The notes under the pieces were generated by a model, which was given only the letters and a program-made list of their open reading frames with translations, was not told the DNA's origin and made no database searches. Positions 20,075 through 29,959 of a DNA stretch of 64,000 nt are shown here, piece after piece. This DNA is from Thermofilaceae archaeon. GTDB lineage: Archaea; Thermoproteota; Thermoprotei; Thermofilales; Thermofilaceae. Positions within the stretch are counted from its first letter, which is position 1. The number at the start of each line of letters is the position of its first letter. Location: NCBI GenBank assembly GCA_038861545.1, contig JAWCCZ010000004.1, forward strand, positions 96,001 to 160,000, read 5' to 3'. A program made the position numbers and the translations under genes.

Positions 20075-22741
20075 TTAAGTCTTTGGTTTCCTGATCATCG
20101 GTAACGCAAGAGATGAGATAGCTAGAATTATGGCTAGGACGGCTAAAGCCATAAGGAGACTTGCATTAGACTCCAGTGATTCGACCCGGTTTTCAATGCT
20201 TTCGAGCCTGGATGTGACGCTTTGCTCTAGGCTATTGATTTTTGCTTCACTACGTCCGAGTACTGTCATCAGGTAAGCTAATTGCGGGATAGTTATGAAA
20301 GAGGCCTCAGTCGTAGCTGGCATGGCGACATCTTTGCTTAAAGCGAATGTTAGCACACGGTACGTGCCTGGAGCCAACTTCCCGGTTTCTAAGCTGCCTA
20401 GCGTGACGCTCCAAACACCATCGGCTTTTGCAGTAGCATCCCCTTTAGCTATTACGTTGCCTTCGCTATCTAGTACCATATACTTAATAAATTCTATCTT
20501 GTTAACAGGGTAGGGCTGTCCCTTATAACTAACCCTAAACGTTATCGTAGCCTCAAGGCCTGGCACAACGTTCTCTGGAACCTCTACCTTCACCTCTGGA
20601 ATTGGGGGTTCAGCTAGCCAAGCCCATCTATCGGCCTTGTCTGGATAGTTTCTAAAGGCTTTGTGAACAGCTGTGTGCGCCGTGTAGTCGACACTATCTA
20701 GGTAGAATGGTCCATCGCCAACCCAGAAGTGTTTATGGGCCTCGTACCAAGATTTTAATGTTTGGTACCTTGCTTTTGCCTCATCCTGTGTTATGTATTG
20801 AGAGTTAAACTCTGGGAATGGTATGTACCCAGTTGTAATGGCTTCCTCTAACATTTCAGATAAAATATCTAACGAGGGCCCACCTATGTAGTTCATCCAC
20901 TCAACCTTCATTTTATCTGCCTTATCTGCGCTAAATGCTAACAGTCCTTTCTCTTCCGCTTTAACACCAATAGCCGTTATATGCCACGGGTGATTTGGCC
21001 AGCCTGCAAAAGAGGAAACAATAAACTCTGCTTCAGGGTTTGTGTAATTTACATAATACTCAACTATAAATGGTGACGTACTTACAACCCTCCAAGCCAC
21101 GAAGTACTGCCTCCATGAAGTAAAGCCAGGCAGTGCGGATTCATCGTAAAGTGGGCTGTCAGGATCAACCCTGTAGAACGTTAAAGGCCAACTCCAGACC
21201 CAATCCGCTAAAGTTAAGGTGGTACCATCGTGATACTTAATCTTACCCAGTATGTCACCATAATTACAAATAATTCTAGCCAAAGCGGCCTTCGCTCCAG
21301 CCTCATCTGCAGTAACGACTTTTTTAGCCTTTGTATCATAAGCGTACCAAGCATCAGCTGGCACTTCAATTTTATCGACAAAAGTTAGTTTTAACCAGTC
21401 ACTGGAAGCTATAGTGGAAACATCTTTGGAAACATATAGTTCAGCCTTCACTAGTCTTTCCGGCATTGGCATACCAGTATATGGATTTATGAGAAAAGCA
21501 TAGGATTCAGTTGGCGTTATAAGGACACTATCATAGGCCCAGTTTGTTCCTGCAACCGTGTTCCAAGGATCAACTAAGACTTCTCTATTGCCAGCTCTAA
21601 AAGTACCTCCTACCTTATCGATAAACCTGGCGGTCCTAGACCACAGAGCTGCAGAGAAACCACCACTTAAGTCGGCTGCTATGGTAACGTCTTTCCTGTA
21701 AAGATAAGGTACAATTTGGTCAACAAGCCAAATTCGAACAGAATCTTTGAGAGCCAGCTCGGCAGCCTTTGCCATTAACTCTTGCCTTTCTTCAATAGAA
21801 GTGAAACCCCTTTCCCAAAGCTTTTGTGCTACCTCATAAAATATCGGATCTGGCTTGTACGCCTGCCATAAGGGCTCGGGTCTACCAAGCGGTGTGTAGA
21901 AATAACCCCATACATCAGCATCATCTCTGCTCACGGCTGAGGTAATCCAGCCTCCAGTGTAAAAATGCCATTGACCGTCAGCTAGATTACCCCTAAGCCA
22001 TATTGGGGAAGCCTCTCTCGAAGTCTTATACATGCGCTCAACAGTAAAGCCCAGCTTCTCCAATTGATCGGATACGTAGTCGCCGATCTGCCTCCTCTGA
22101 TCCTCAGTCCTAATCAATGCTTTAAGAGTAATCGGCTTACCTTTATAATACCATTTCCCTTCCCTAAACTCACAGCCCATTTTAACAAGTTCCTCGAATA
22201 TAACCGTCTTAGCTCTCTCTGGGTTATAGGAGTAAGTTGCTTCCAGCGTTTTCACGACGTCAGCGAGTTTAGCATAGTCGGGGAAAGCTGAAACTAAAGG
22301 TAGCCACTTGGGTTTAGCGAAGCCGAGCATTATTTCATCGGTTACATATTTCCTATCAATAAGCCAGTTCATAGCTTCCCTGATCTTTGGATTAGAAAAC
22401 GGGTTGAAACTACCGTCTTTAAACTCGGGACCTACAGGGTTAAAAGTTATTTCAAAGTATAGGCCGAACGCGTACTTGTAGCCTAAGTTTGGATCAGTTT
22501 TTATTCTTTCAACTAACTTCGGATCGGCACGTACATCGATAAAGTAGGCATGAATATCACCTTTACTAATCATATCTACGACTTTCGCCGGCTCACTTTC
22601 TTTAACCCAGACCACTTCATCAAGCCACGGTCCATAGGGAACTTCTGCCTCAGGAGCAGCCGAGACAGGGATTAAAAAAGCGAAAGTACTTGCGATTATT
22701 ATCAAAGCCAGCATTAAAGCTTTCGTTTTTTTGTTTCTCAT
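20075..22741 (-). CDS. oppA: Peptide ABC transporter substrate-binding protein, second cluster
   Basis: Signal peptide, IREAMNWLIDR, YHDGT, GDGPFYL, C-terminal short coiled coil + TM anchor. Confidence 0.88.
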   Translation of the reverse strand: MRNKKTKALMLALIIIASTFAFLIPVSAAPEAEVPYGPWLDEVVWVKESEPAKVVDMISKGDIHAYFIDVRADPKLVERIKTDPNLGYKYAFGLYFEITFNPVGPEFKDGSFNPFSNPKIREAMNWLIDRKYVTDEIMLGFAKPKWLPLVSAFPDYAKLADVVKTLEATYSYNPERAKTVIFEELVKMGCEFREGKWYYKGKPITLKALIRTEDQRRQIGDYVSDQLEKLGFTVERMYKTSREASPIWLRGNLADGQWHFYTGGWITSAVSRDDADVWGYFYTPLGRPEPLWQAYKPDPIFYEVAQKLWERGFTSIEERQELMAKAAELALKDSVRIWLVDQIVPYLYRKDVTIAADLSGGFSAALWSRTARFIDKVGGTFRAGNREVLVDPWNTVAGTNWAYDSVLITPTESYAFLINPYTGMPMPERLVKAELYVSKDVSTIASSDWLKLTFVDKIEVPADAWYAYDTKAKKVVTADEAGAKAALARIICNYGDILGKIKYHDGTTLTLADWVWSWPLTFYRVDPDSPLYDESALPGFTSWRQYFVAWRVVSTSPFIVEYYVNYTNPEAEFIVSSFAGWPNHPWHITAIGVKAEEKGLLAFSADKADKMKVEWMNYIGGPSLDILSEMLEEAITTGYIPFPEFNSQYITQDEAKARYQTLKSWYEAHKHFWVGDGPFYLDSVDYTAHTAVHKAFRNYPDKADRWAWLAEPPIPEVKVEVPENVVPGLEATITFRVSYKGQPYPVNKIEFIKYMVLDSEGNVIAKGDATAKADGVWSVTLGSLETGKLAPGTYRVLTFALSKDVAMPATTEASFITIPQLAYLMTVLGRSEAKINSLEQSVTSRLESIENRVESLESNASLLMALAVLAIILAISSLALPMIRKPKT

Positions 22742-22847
22742 CGTAATCCTTTCTTAAAAGAGCTTTATATTTCTTACTTTATTTAACTTGAGGAGTTTAA
22801 CATGTAAAGCCAACTACTTATTAATAAGAGTCGTAGAGACAGGCACT

Positions 22848-24275
22848 GTGCGCGGAACCATGGCGTTAATTATTATTATACTATTGCTTCTAGCAACCTC
22901 TGTTAGCCAGCCTGCTCAATTGAGCTTTAAGGGAGCTAGGGTAACCGCTAACGGTCAATTGCTTGCATACGGCCAAGCCGAGTTAGATGGAATGCTTCAC
23001 CCTCTTTTAGTTTTAATTGACATTAGTCGCGGTACGGTGTTCTCTGCTTATCTCGAACTTGATACAAAAGGGGTTTTTCTGGATGCAGTTGAAGACAACT
23101 TAAGTATAGTTTCTGTTGGATATTTTCAGGATTCGCCCTTCAGCCGCTCAATGCTATTTGCTGAGTTTCGCAGTAATGAATCAAGCTATGAGATAACTCG
23201 TGTGTTGAAGTTAAGCTCCGGTTTCGGAGATATAGCTAAGTCGGTAGCTTTCTTACGCAATGGCTGCGTCATCGCTGGTTTAAGCCAGAACCCGGATACC
23301 GGTGTAAGCGATCTGGCGGTTATTACCCTCAAAGGAAACGGTGAAGTTAGCGAAGCAACTTCTTTTGGCGTACCTTACTACCATAGCTTCGTGGAGAAAG
23401 CATATGTAGTAAATGAGGGATTACTACTTGTCGGCGCTACATGGAGCTATAATGTGTCAATGTCGGATGTCCTAGTAGTATACGTTAATGGTTCTAGAAT
23501 AATCCATGCCTTAACCTTGGGTGGAGCCGATGTGGATGAAGGATTAGCTGCTTTACATGACTTCAATGAAGCAATAGTGTTAGTTGGATCGACGAGAAGC
23601 TCCTCAAAAGGCTACAGTGATAGTTTTTACGCTGTTACGAGTAAAGATAGCATTAGAGTCGTGGCTTTCGGAACTCCCAGCTATGATGGCTTTATCGACC
23701 TTCTACCTTTTAACGGTAAGCTGTACCTTCTAGGCTACACTGTCTCAAAGGAGCGAGAAATCGGTGTAATTCTTCTAGTAAAAGAAAGTAAACCTCTCAA
23801 GGCTGTTGCGGTGACCTGCGACCGAGACCTTGTACCTTTAGCTATCGGTCAACGCGAAGGCCATATAGTTGCAGTTTTTAACAGTGAAAACTCACTGTTA
23901 ATTTTAACGCTCGATGAAGAGCTGAAACCGTTGAATGCATCATTGATAGGCTATGCTGCTATTGAATGCATCAATGTACTTGAGTTAAATGATCTCGAAG
24001 ACCACTGCGAAGATCTGACCAATAAATATATCATACGCGGTCAGTCCTTGGTTTCGAGAAATATTCCCCTGACTGTGGGAGAACTTAAAGCATCGATAGG
24101 GAAAGTAGATTTACCGGTTAAAAACTTAAAAATAGTAGCTGGTAAGTTCGAGGAAAAGGAGCCATTTCTAGAAGTCATTGTGAAAGTTATCGAGGGGAAT
24201 ATCCCTCTTCTCGTGGCGCTACTCCCACTAGTTGCTATTTTAATTGCACTCATAATGGCTAAGCATAGAAGGTGA
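22848..24275 (+). CDS. Secreted/membrane-anchored beta-strand repeat (propeller-like) protein
   Basis: Signal peptide, ~50-aa repeats (VIAG/LVG..S..DhhVh..GG..D), C-terminal TM. Start moved to GTG 22848 (or ATG 22860) downstream of a TATA-like TTATTAATA. Confidence 0.65.
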   Translation: MRGTMALIIIILLLLATSVSQPAQLSFKGARVTANGQLLAYGQAELDGMLHPLLVLIDISRGTVFSAYLELDTKGVFLDAVEDNLSIVSVGYFQDSPFSRSMLFAEFRSNESSYEITRVLKLSSGFGDIAKSVAFLRNGCVIAGLSQNPDTGVSDLAVITLKGNGEVSEATSFGVPYYHSFVEKAYVVNEGLLLVGATWSYNVSMSDVLVVYVNGSRIIHALTLGGADVDEGLAALHDFNEAIVLVGSTRSSSKGYSDSFYAVTSKDSIRVVAFGTPSYDGFIDLLPFNGKLYLLGYTVSKEREIGVILLVKESKPLKAVAVTCDRDLVPLAIGQREGHIVAVFNSENSLLILTLDEELKPLNASLIGYAAIECINVLELNDLEDHCEDLTNKYIIRGQSLVSRNIPLTVGELKASIGKVDLPVKNLKIVAGKFEEKEPFLEVIVKVIEGNIPLLVALLPLVAILIALIMAKHRR

Positions 24276-24401
24276 GATTCTATATCTGAGAGAGCGTTAC
24301 GTATGGTTTCTCTAGAAATGAGCGCGATAAATTACCGTATACTAAGATGGCTTTGCTCCTAACGTAAGTTATTTAAACCGTGATAGATAGAACCGAACGG
24401 C

Positions 24402-24513
24402 GCCCCGGTCGTATAGCCCGGTCAAGTAAGCCTTTTTCGGCCTTGATTGCCGGCCTCTCGAGCCGGAGAGGGGAAACCCACGGAAAACCCGGGTTCAAAT
24501 CCCGGCCGGGGCA
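24402..24513 (+). tRNA. tRNA-Glu(CUC) with two non-canonical introns (24/25 and 45/46)
   Basis: Acceptor GCCCCGG/CCGGGGC, anticodon arm CCGGC-CT CTC GA-GCCGG, T arm CCGGG TTCAAAT CCCGG. Introns ~24429-24447 and ~24469-24485 with BHB-like ends; TATA-like TTTAAA upstream. Confidence 0.9.
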
Positions 24514-24562
24514 CCTGTTAGGCAAAGGAAATTTATAGGGTTAGAGGAGCACCTCTTAATTC

Positions 24563-27500
24563 ATGGGACGTAAGGAGGTTTACGCGATTTTAATGCTACT
24601 GCTAGCGGCTCAAATAGCCGTTTCAGCCCCTCTAGAGTTAAGCTTCGAAGTAGCGGTTGTCGACTCTTTGGGGAAGCCGGTTGAAGGAGCAATTGTGGTG
24701 TTTATCAACGCGAGAACGTTGGGAGCTGCTTATATGGGTAGAACCGATTCCTCTGGGAGGCTGGAGGGATTCGTACAATCTGGCGAATACTACCTTTTAT
24801 ATGTAGTTAAGGTGGAGGAGGGCAGGTTAACTCACTTACCCGTTAAGGTGGATTTGACTGGCTATCCTAGGGCGCAGAACTTAGAAGTCAGAGCAGTGCT
24901 GTACCCTGCGGCACGTATTAACGTAACCGGTAGAATAGTGTATATAGGCGAGGCGTATGCTGGTAGGGTGAGGGTTCAAATCCTAGACAAGTATGGCGTT
25001 CCTCTTTCTAAGTCGCTGAAAGGTGGCGAAGTAGTAGTACAGGATGATAGTAAAATAACTAAGATGAACTCCACTGTAGTTGATTTATACGGAGCCACTC
25101 TGGATTATACTGCGCTTAAAAGAGGATTAGGTTACGCTCCTTTAAAAGAGACTGAAGCCCTTATTCCAATCGACTATCCCGTTGTAGCTAGGGTTAACTA
25201 CCTTTTAGTTATGCTGCGCGAATCGACGCTTAAAGACTTATTCATAGATTTCGGTTCTTTTGAAAACCCTTTGGTTCTTAGCTCGAGCCAGGATGTTTTC
25301 ACTGTTGACCTGCTAAAGACAAGCCTTGAAGGCCAAATCCGTTCGGTTAAAATGGATTTGGATTCTGCGAGGGCTCTGATTCACGGGTTCGAAACCCTGG
25401 GTTTCTATATTCCTGAGATGAATGACCTTTTGAAAAGAGGAGAAGAATATGTACAGGCAGCGGAGGAGCGGTTTGCTCGAGGAGGTAGGCCTGAGGAGAT
25501 CCTGCCTCTACTGGAAGCCAGTAGCGCTTTAGCTAACGATCAGATTCCCAAGCAACTTGGATTTATTCGCGATGTAGCAAAAGCCGGAGCTGTGATCATG
25601 CCCAGCTTCATAGCCGTATTCGCGGCCGTCTTAGCATTTTACTTTTTCGATAGGGAGCGAGCTAAGGTTATCGGTTTCTCGATCGTTTACATGCTTTTCG
25701 TTGTAGCATTCGCATATCTTTACCCGGGATTCAGGTTACTGTGGTCCCTAGATCGATCGTTGTTCCTCTTAACGGTTGGAGGAGCTTACGCATTATTTGT
25801 TATTGCTGTTTTTGCGCTTCCTAGGATAATAAAAGAACCAGAGTTGCCGAGCGAAATCGCGCTGGGTGGATTGATCGCCGTTGCGTTCACCCTCGGTAAA
25901 AGGTACTCGAAAATCAGGGTCTTCCGAACAGTTATTATGATTTTCAGCATTGCTGCGTTTATATGGGCATTTACTGTATTGGCCACTTTCGGTACCGTGT
26001 ATGCTAAGATTGAAGAGAAAGATTTTGCTACCTACCCTGAGAACGTACTTACGATTAAAAGAGCTGTTAACGGTGTTCCGCAACCGTTGAACCCGGACCT
26101 AGATGCATTGCTTTTTGAGGGGCGTAAAGATATTGCTTACCCCTACTTTATAGTTTACAATAGGCCTGATGAAAGACTGGAGATAATAGTATCCTATGCT
26201 GGGCTTGAACGTATTGTGCACTTTGCTGTAGGAGTCGATAGAGAGGAGTTTAGGCTTAATCCACTCTTCCTTAACGCGGTTACTCTTTACAAGGCTTTCG
26301 ATAACAATAGCGTGATCCTCCCATCCTCTATCTGGACTTCTCTCGGTTTAAAAGGCGGAGAACCTGTTTACATATTAGTCAAAGGGGAAAGGCTACAGCT
26401 GAAGGCTGCTGGCTACTTTGATGAATCACTGATCAACGAGTGGAGTAACCCGGATGGTTCACCTTTAAAGCCCTTTATAATTCGAGAAGGTAAACCAGTT
26501 TATGCAAACAGCTCCGACTTTTTAATAGCGCACTACTCTCTACTTATGCGTTTACTGCCGCAATTCGAGGGTGGATACTCAAGCATATTTCTACCTTACC
26601 AGATCTCAGCGGAGCCTCTAGGCGAGGAACAAGGCTGGCTCTTCGCCAATGAGGTAGTTGATAGGAGAGGTGAAAATTACATCGCTATTACATGCTATGG
26701 AAGTAAATGCTCAAGGGTGTATTATGGAACTCGGGTTGAAAGCATTTTCCAGAAAGAGGCAACTTTCCTGGTACCGCTAGTAATAGTTATCATCAATGTA
26801 CTAATGAGCATGTTAAGCATCATTAGAGAACGTAAAAGAGAGATATTTATCTTCATGACCGTCGGTTTTAACCCAAGGCATATAGCCTTAGTGTTTCTCG
26901 CCGAAGCTATCATCTACGGACTCCTGAGCGGCGGTTTTGGTTACGTAGCTGGGCTCACCACCTTTAGGGCTCTCAGTATTTTTGCCCAAGGGCAGAACTT
27001 GATGGTAAGGGAGAAGATTGAATGGTATTGGAGCTACATCGCTATCGCACTAGCGGTTGCCGTCTCCGTGATTGGTGCAATTAAGCCTTCAATGGATGCA
27101 GCTTACACGTTTGCGCCCACGGAAATCAGGAGGCGTAGAATCGCGGAGAGGAGAGAAAAAGTTAAACGAGAGGAGTTTTATCTAAGAACCGGTGCTGCGA
27201 AAACTTTCTCGATACCCGGCGAGATTATAGCTGATGAGGCAGAAGCCGCGTTCTCTTACATTTATTCGAAGCTAACTGAGCTGAGCTATGGAGAACTGGA
27301 ATCTGTTGAAAGATTACAGGATCTGCCAATGGAAATCCGCTCCGATGGAACTAGAATTAAAAGGTTCCAGTTCAACTATGTTAGCACTACAGAGAGCGGT
27401 TTAAAGATAACTATGGAATGCGAGCTGCGGTTCGTGTTGAATCCGGGTGCTGAAGCTTACAGAGTAGAGCTTGACTCAAAACCGGTGGGCCATGCCCCTA

Positions 27501-27589
27501 TAAGCCATATGGATTACGCAGCAGATCTAGCTAAAAGAATTGTGGGCGACTGGATGAGGGAAAGGGAAAAGTTACTGCAACCCGGCTAG
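24563..27589 (+). CDS. Large FtsX/MacB-like permease-family membrane protein with extracellular Ig-like domain
   Basis: Signal peptide, VVDSLGKPVEGA..GRTDSSG domain, many TMs, FtsX-like signature SIIRERKREIFIFMTVGFNP..FLAEA. Confidence 0.75.
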   Translation: MGRKEVYAILMLLLAAQIAVSAPLELSFEVAVVDSLGKPVEGAIVVFINARTLGAAYMGRTDSSGRLEGFVQSGEYYLLYVVKVEEGRLTHLPVKVDLTGYPRAQNLEVRAVLYPAARINVTGRIVYIGEAYAGRVRVQILDKYGVPLSKSLKGGEVVVQDDSKITKMNSTVVDLYGATLDYTALKRGLGYAPLKETEALIPIDYPVVARVNYLLVMLRESTLKDLFIDFGSFENPLVLSSSQDVFTVDLLKTSLEGQIRSVKMDLDSARALIHGFETLGFYIPEMNDLLKRGEEYVQAAEERFARGGRPEEILPLLEASSALANDQIPKQLGFIRDVAKAGAVIMPSFIAVFAAVLAFYFFDRERAKVIGFSIVYMLFVVAFAYLYPGFRLLWSLDRSLFLLTVGGAYALFVIAVFALPRIIKEPELPSEIALGGLIAVAFTLGKRYSKIRVFRTVIMIFSIAAFIWAFTVLATFGTVYAKIEEKDFATYPENVLTIKRAVNGVPQPLNPDLDALLFEGRKDIAYPYFIVYNRPDERLEIIVSYAGLERIVHFAVGVDREEFRLNPLFLNAVTLYKAFDNNSVILPSSIWTSLGLKGGEPVYILVKGERLQLKAAGYFDESLINEWSNPDGSPLKPFIIREGKPVYANSSDFLIAHYSLLMRLLPQFEGGYSSIFLPYQISAEPLGEEQGWLFANEVVDRRGENYIAITCYGSKCSRVYYGTRVESIFQKEATFLVPLVIVIINVLMSMLSIIRERKREIFIFMTVGFNPRHIALVFLAEAIIYGLLSGGFGYVAGLTTFRALSIFAQGQNLMVREKIEWYWSYIAIALAVAVSVIGAIKPSMDAAYTFAPTEIRRRRIAERREKVKREEFYLRTGAAKTFSIPGEIIADEAEAAFSYIYSKLTELSYGELESVERLQDLPMEIRSDGTRIKRFQFNYVSTTESGLKITMECELRFVLNPGAEAYRVELDSKPVGHAPISHMDYAADLAKRIVGDWMREREKLLQPG

Positions 27590-27933
27590 CTGAGTTTTTC
27601 CTCAACCCATTTAACCGGCTTAGGCTTAAGGTATTCAATCCTTCTCTTCACTTCCTCTAACTCCCTTTCTGCCCCTCTTAGCTTCATTTCAGTTTCCTTA
27701 AGTTTTTCCTCAATAGCTTTCCTTTTACCGCTTATCTGGTAATATTTCAGCTCGAGAGACATAAGCTCCTCTTGGCTCTTCGCTTTCCTCATGGCCTCAT
27801 AGGCTTCGTCTTCAAGCTTTTTCGCTTTCTCATAGAGATCTTTTAACTTTCTCTCTTCTTCTTTTAATTTTTCGGTTTCCTTTATCAGCTCCTCTCGTTT
27901 CCTTTCTAACGCTTCTAAACTAAGAGACTCCAT
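27586..27933 (-). CDS. Hypothetical coiled-coil protein
   Basis: 115 aa, E/K/L heptads; overlaps the PRTase stop. Confidence 0.65.
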   Translation of the reverse strand: MESLSLEALERKREELIKETEKLKEEERKLKDLYEKAKKLEDEAYEAMRKAKSQEELMSLELKYYQISGKRKAIEEKLKETEMKLRGAERELEEVKRRIEYLKPKPVKWVEEKLS

Positions 27934-28556
27934 CGACTCCCCCTAAACCCTTCGAGATCCTCTAGATTAGCTTTCCGTCCTGCTACCATCCTAGCCAGGC
28001 GCTCCAGAACAGCTGGCTCCAGTCCAATTTTCATTAAATCTTCCATAGAATACCCCTGTTTAAACAAAGCTACTGCTGTTTCAAAATGCTCATATGGGAA
28101 AACAACCCATCGATTAACTACTCTCGAATAATAGTCTGGAGTGAATTGGCTCCACGGCTTTAAGTACACTGATAACGTTAGCAGCTTCTTGAACCCTCTT
28201 CTACGAAGGTAATTTAACGCGAGCTGCATAGTTTTCCCAGTATCTACAATATCGTCTACAACGATAACCTGCGTTGCCCCTATCGGTTGACTAAATTCCT
28301 CTTTGAGATGTGGTTCAGAACCACGCGAGTTAGGGCCAGTGTAGTACTCGACATGCAAACTGTAGATCTTCTTCACAGCAGTTAGATCTGAAAGTAGTCT
28401 GGCGATTACTAGCCCCCCTCTAGCTATTGCTATAATAGCATCGAATTCGATCTCTTGAAACTTATACGCCAAATTGATGACGTCTTTTAGGAATTCATTC
28501 CAAGTTAAAACTTCGAAACCTGGGACTGGGTCCTTTTCAGTCAAATGTTTACCCAC
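27915..28556 (-). CDS. Type I purine phosphoribosyltransferase (Hpt/Gpt-like)
   Basis: AIARGG, PRPP motif VIVVDDIVDTGKT, WVVFPYE. Start shortened to GTG 28556 to remove overlap with the divergent gene. Confidence 0.85.
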   Translation of the reverse strand: MGKHLTEKDPVPGFEVLTWNEFLKDVINLAYKFQEIEFDAIIAIARGGLVIARLLSDLTAVKKIYSLHVEYYTGPNSRGSEPHLKEEFSQPIGATQVIVVDDIVDTGKTMQLALNYLRRRGFKKLLTLSVYLKPWSQFTPDYYSRVVNRWVVFPYEHFETAVALFKQGYSMEDLMKIGLEPAVLERLARMVAGRKANLEDLEGFRGSRWSLLV

Positions 28557-28608
28557 CGAGTCATTACTAATACCCTTTAAATCTCTCACCTCTAAAGCAA
28601 AACTTGCG

Positions 28609-29181
28609 GTGAGTACTTTGCCGATAATTTTCATCGGTGGAACACCAGGTGTAGGTAAAACAACTGTCGCTAAGGAGCTAGCAAGAAAAATTGGAATCAG
28701 TTTCCTAAGCCTCGGAGAGCTGGTTCAAGAGGAGGGTTTTTACACAGGTTATGACGTAGAGAAAGGCGCGTACATAGTTGACATGGAAGCTGTTAAACGA
28801 AAGCTTGAGACTTTGGTTAAGGGAAGAAGAATGATTGTGGAAGCACACATAGCTAGCGGTTTACCTTCCGAACAAGTTGAAGTAGCGGTGATCCTGAGAT
28901 TAGATCCACGGGTTTTGGAAAAACGGCTTAAAGAACGCGGTTACCCATGGGCTAAGGTGGTTGAAAATGTTCAAGCGGAAATCCTTGACTCATGTTTGAT
29001 CGAAGCCGTGGAAAACTTCGGAGTCGACAAGGTTTTCGAAGTGGACACTACAGAGAAAACTGTTGAATCAGTGGTTGACGAAGTGTTGGCTATTATAAGG
29101 GAACGAAAAGGGAGCAAACCGGGTAGCGTAAACTGGCTTGAAAAATTGGGGGAAAAAGCACTCGAATACCTAGAAGCGTAG
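28609..29181 (+). CDS. Atypical adenylate kinase / Fap7 (AK6) family
   Basis: GTPGVGKTT, IVEAH, RLKERGY..KVVENVQAE. Start reassigned to GTG 28609. Confidence 0.88.
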   Translation: MSTLPIIFIGGTPGVGKTTVAKELARKIGISFLSLGELVQEEGFYTGYDVEKGAYIVDMEAVKRKLETLVKGRRMIVEAHIASGLPSEQVEVAVILRLDPRVLEKRLKERGYPWAKVVENVQAEILDSCLIEAVENFGVDKVFEVDTTEKTVESVVDEVLAIIRERKGSKPGSVNWLEKLGEKALEYLEA

Positions 29182-29212
29182 AAACAGCTTTAAGGTAGAT
29201 ATATACTCCGAG

Positions 29213-29959
29213 TTGATGTCAAAGCGATTCCAGACAGTGTTGGTGCTAGTTACGCTGGCTGCAGGGTTTCTATTGGCTACCATATACCCATCTTATAGAT
29301 TTGAGAACTCAGAGTTTAAGGAATTAAAAGCGAGAGGTGGGCCATTCACTCCAGTTGCTTTCATTTTAGATAATACTCCTCTTGAAGGAGTCAATGTATC
29401 AGTGTTAACCTCAAGCTATTTGTTCCTTGAAGGTGAGGAAGCTCTAGTGTGGCTAGGCCAATATAAACTTTCCCAGACGAGAACATACTTCAGCTCTAGC
29501 TACACTGTAATTGTCTTAGTGCTGGAAAATGGTGGCCAAGGTGAAGCGCTTCTTTTCGATAACTTGAGAGAGGGGATGGAGGTCTACGCTTTCATACCGG
29601 AGAGAGATGATTACCAAGTAGTGCCTTTGCTAAGGGTAATCAGCAATAAAAGCCTAGTTGAAATTTATGGTAAAGCCCATGGTATTGATTCTGTGCGTGT
29701 TTACGCGTACGCATACCCCGAGGACTTTAACGCATCCATGAAGCCTAGTAGTAATCTCCTAGTTGGAGAGAGCAGAGTAGTTAACAGCAGGTATTTACTT
29801 AGACTTGAGCGAGGTAGTGGACCGCTAACCTCCAGTGGTAGGCCTCTTATTGAAGTTAACAGTACTTTAGTGATTTACGCTGAGTGTGCATATCACTTCA
29901 TAGACCTCCTCAATGTTTCTGATTGGCGAATCCGTCTGGATTTCAACTGCGGTGGATAA
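29213..29959 (+). CDS. Hypothetical exported protein
   Basis: N-terminal hydrophobic anchor; 248-aa ORF. Confidence 0.6.
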   Translation: MMSKRFQTVLVLVTLAAGFLLATIYPSYRFENSEFKELKARGGPFTPVAFILDNTPLEGVNVSVLTSSYLFLEGEEALVWLGQYKLSQTRTYFSSSYTVIVLVLENGGQGEALLFDNLREGMEVYAFIPERDDYQVVPLLRVISNKSLVEIYGKAHGIDSVRVYAYAYPEDFNASMKPSSNLLVGESRVVNSRYLLRLERGSGPLTSSGRPLIEVNSTLVIYAECAYHFIDLLNVSDWRIRLDFNCGG

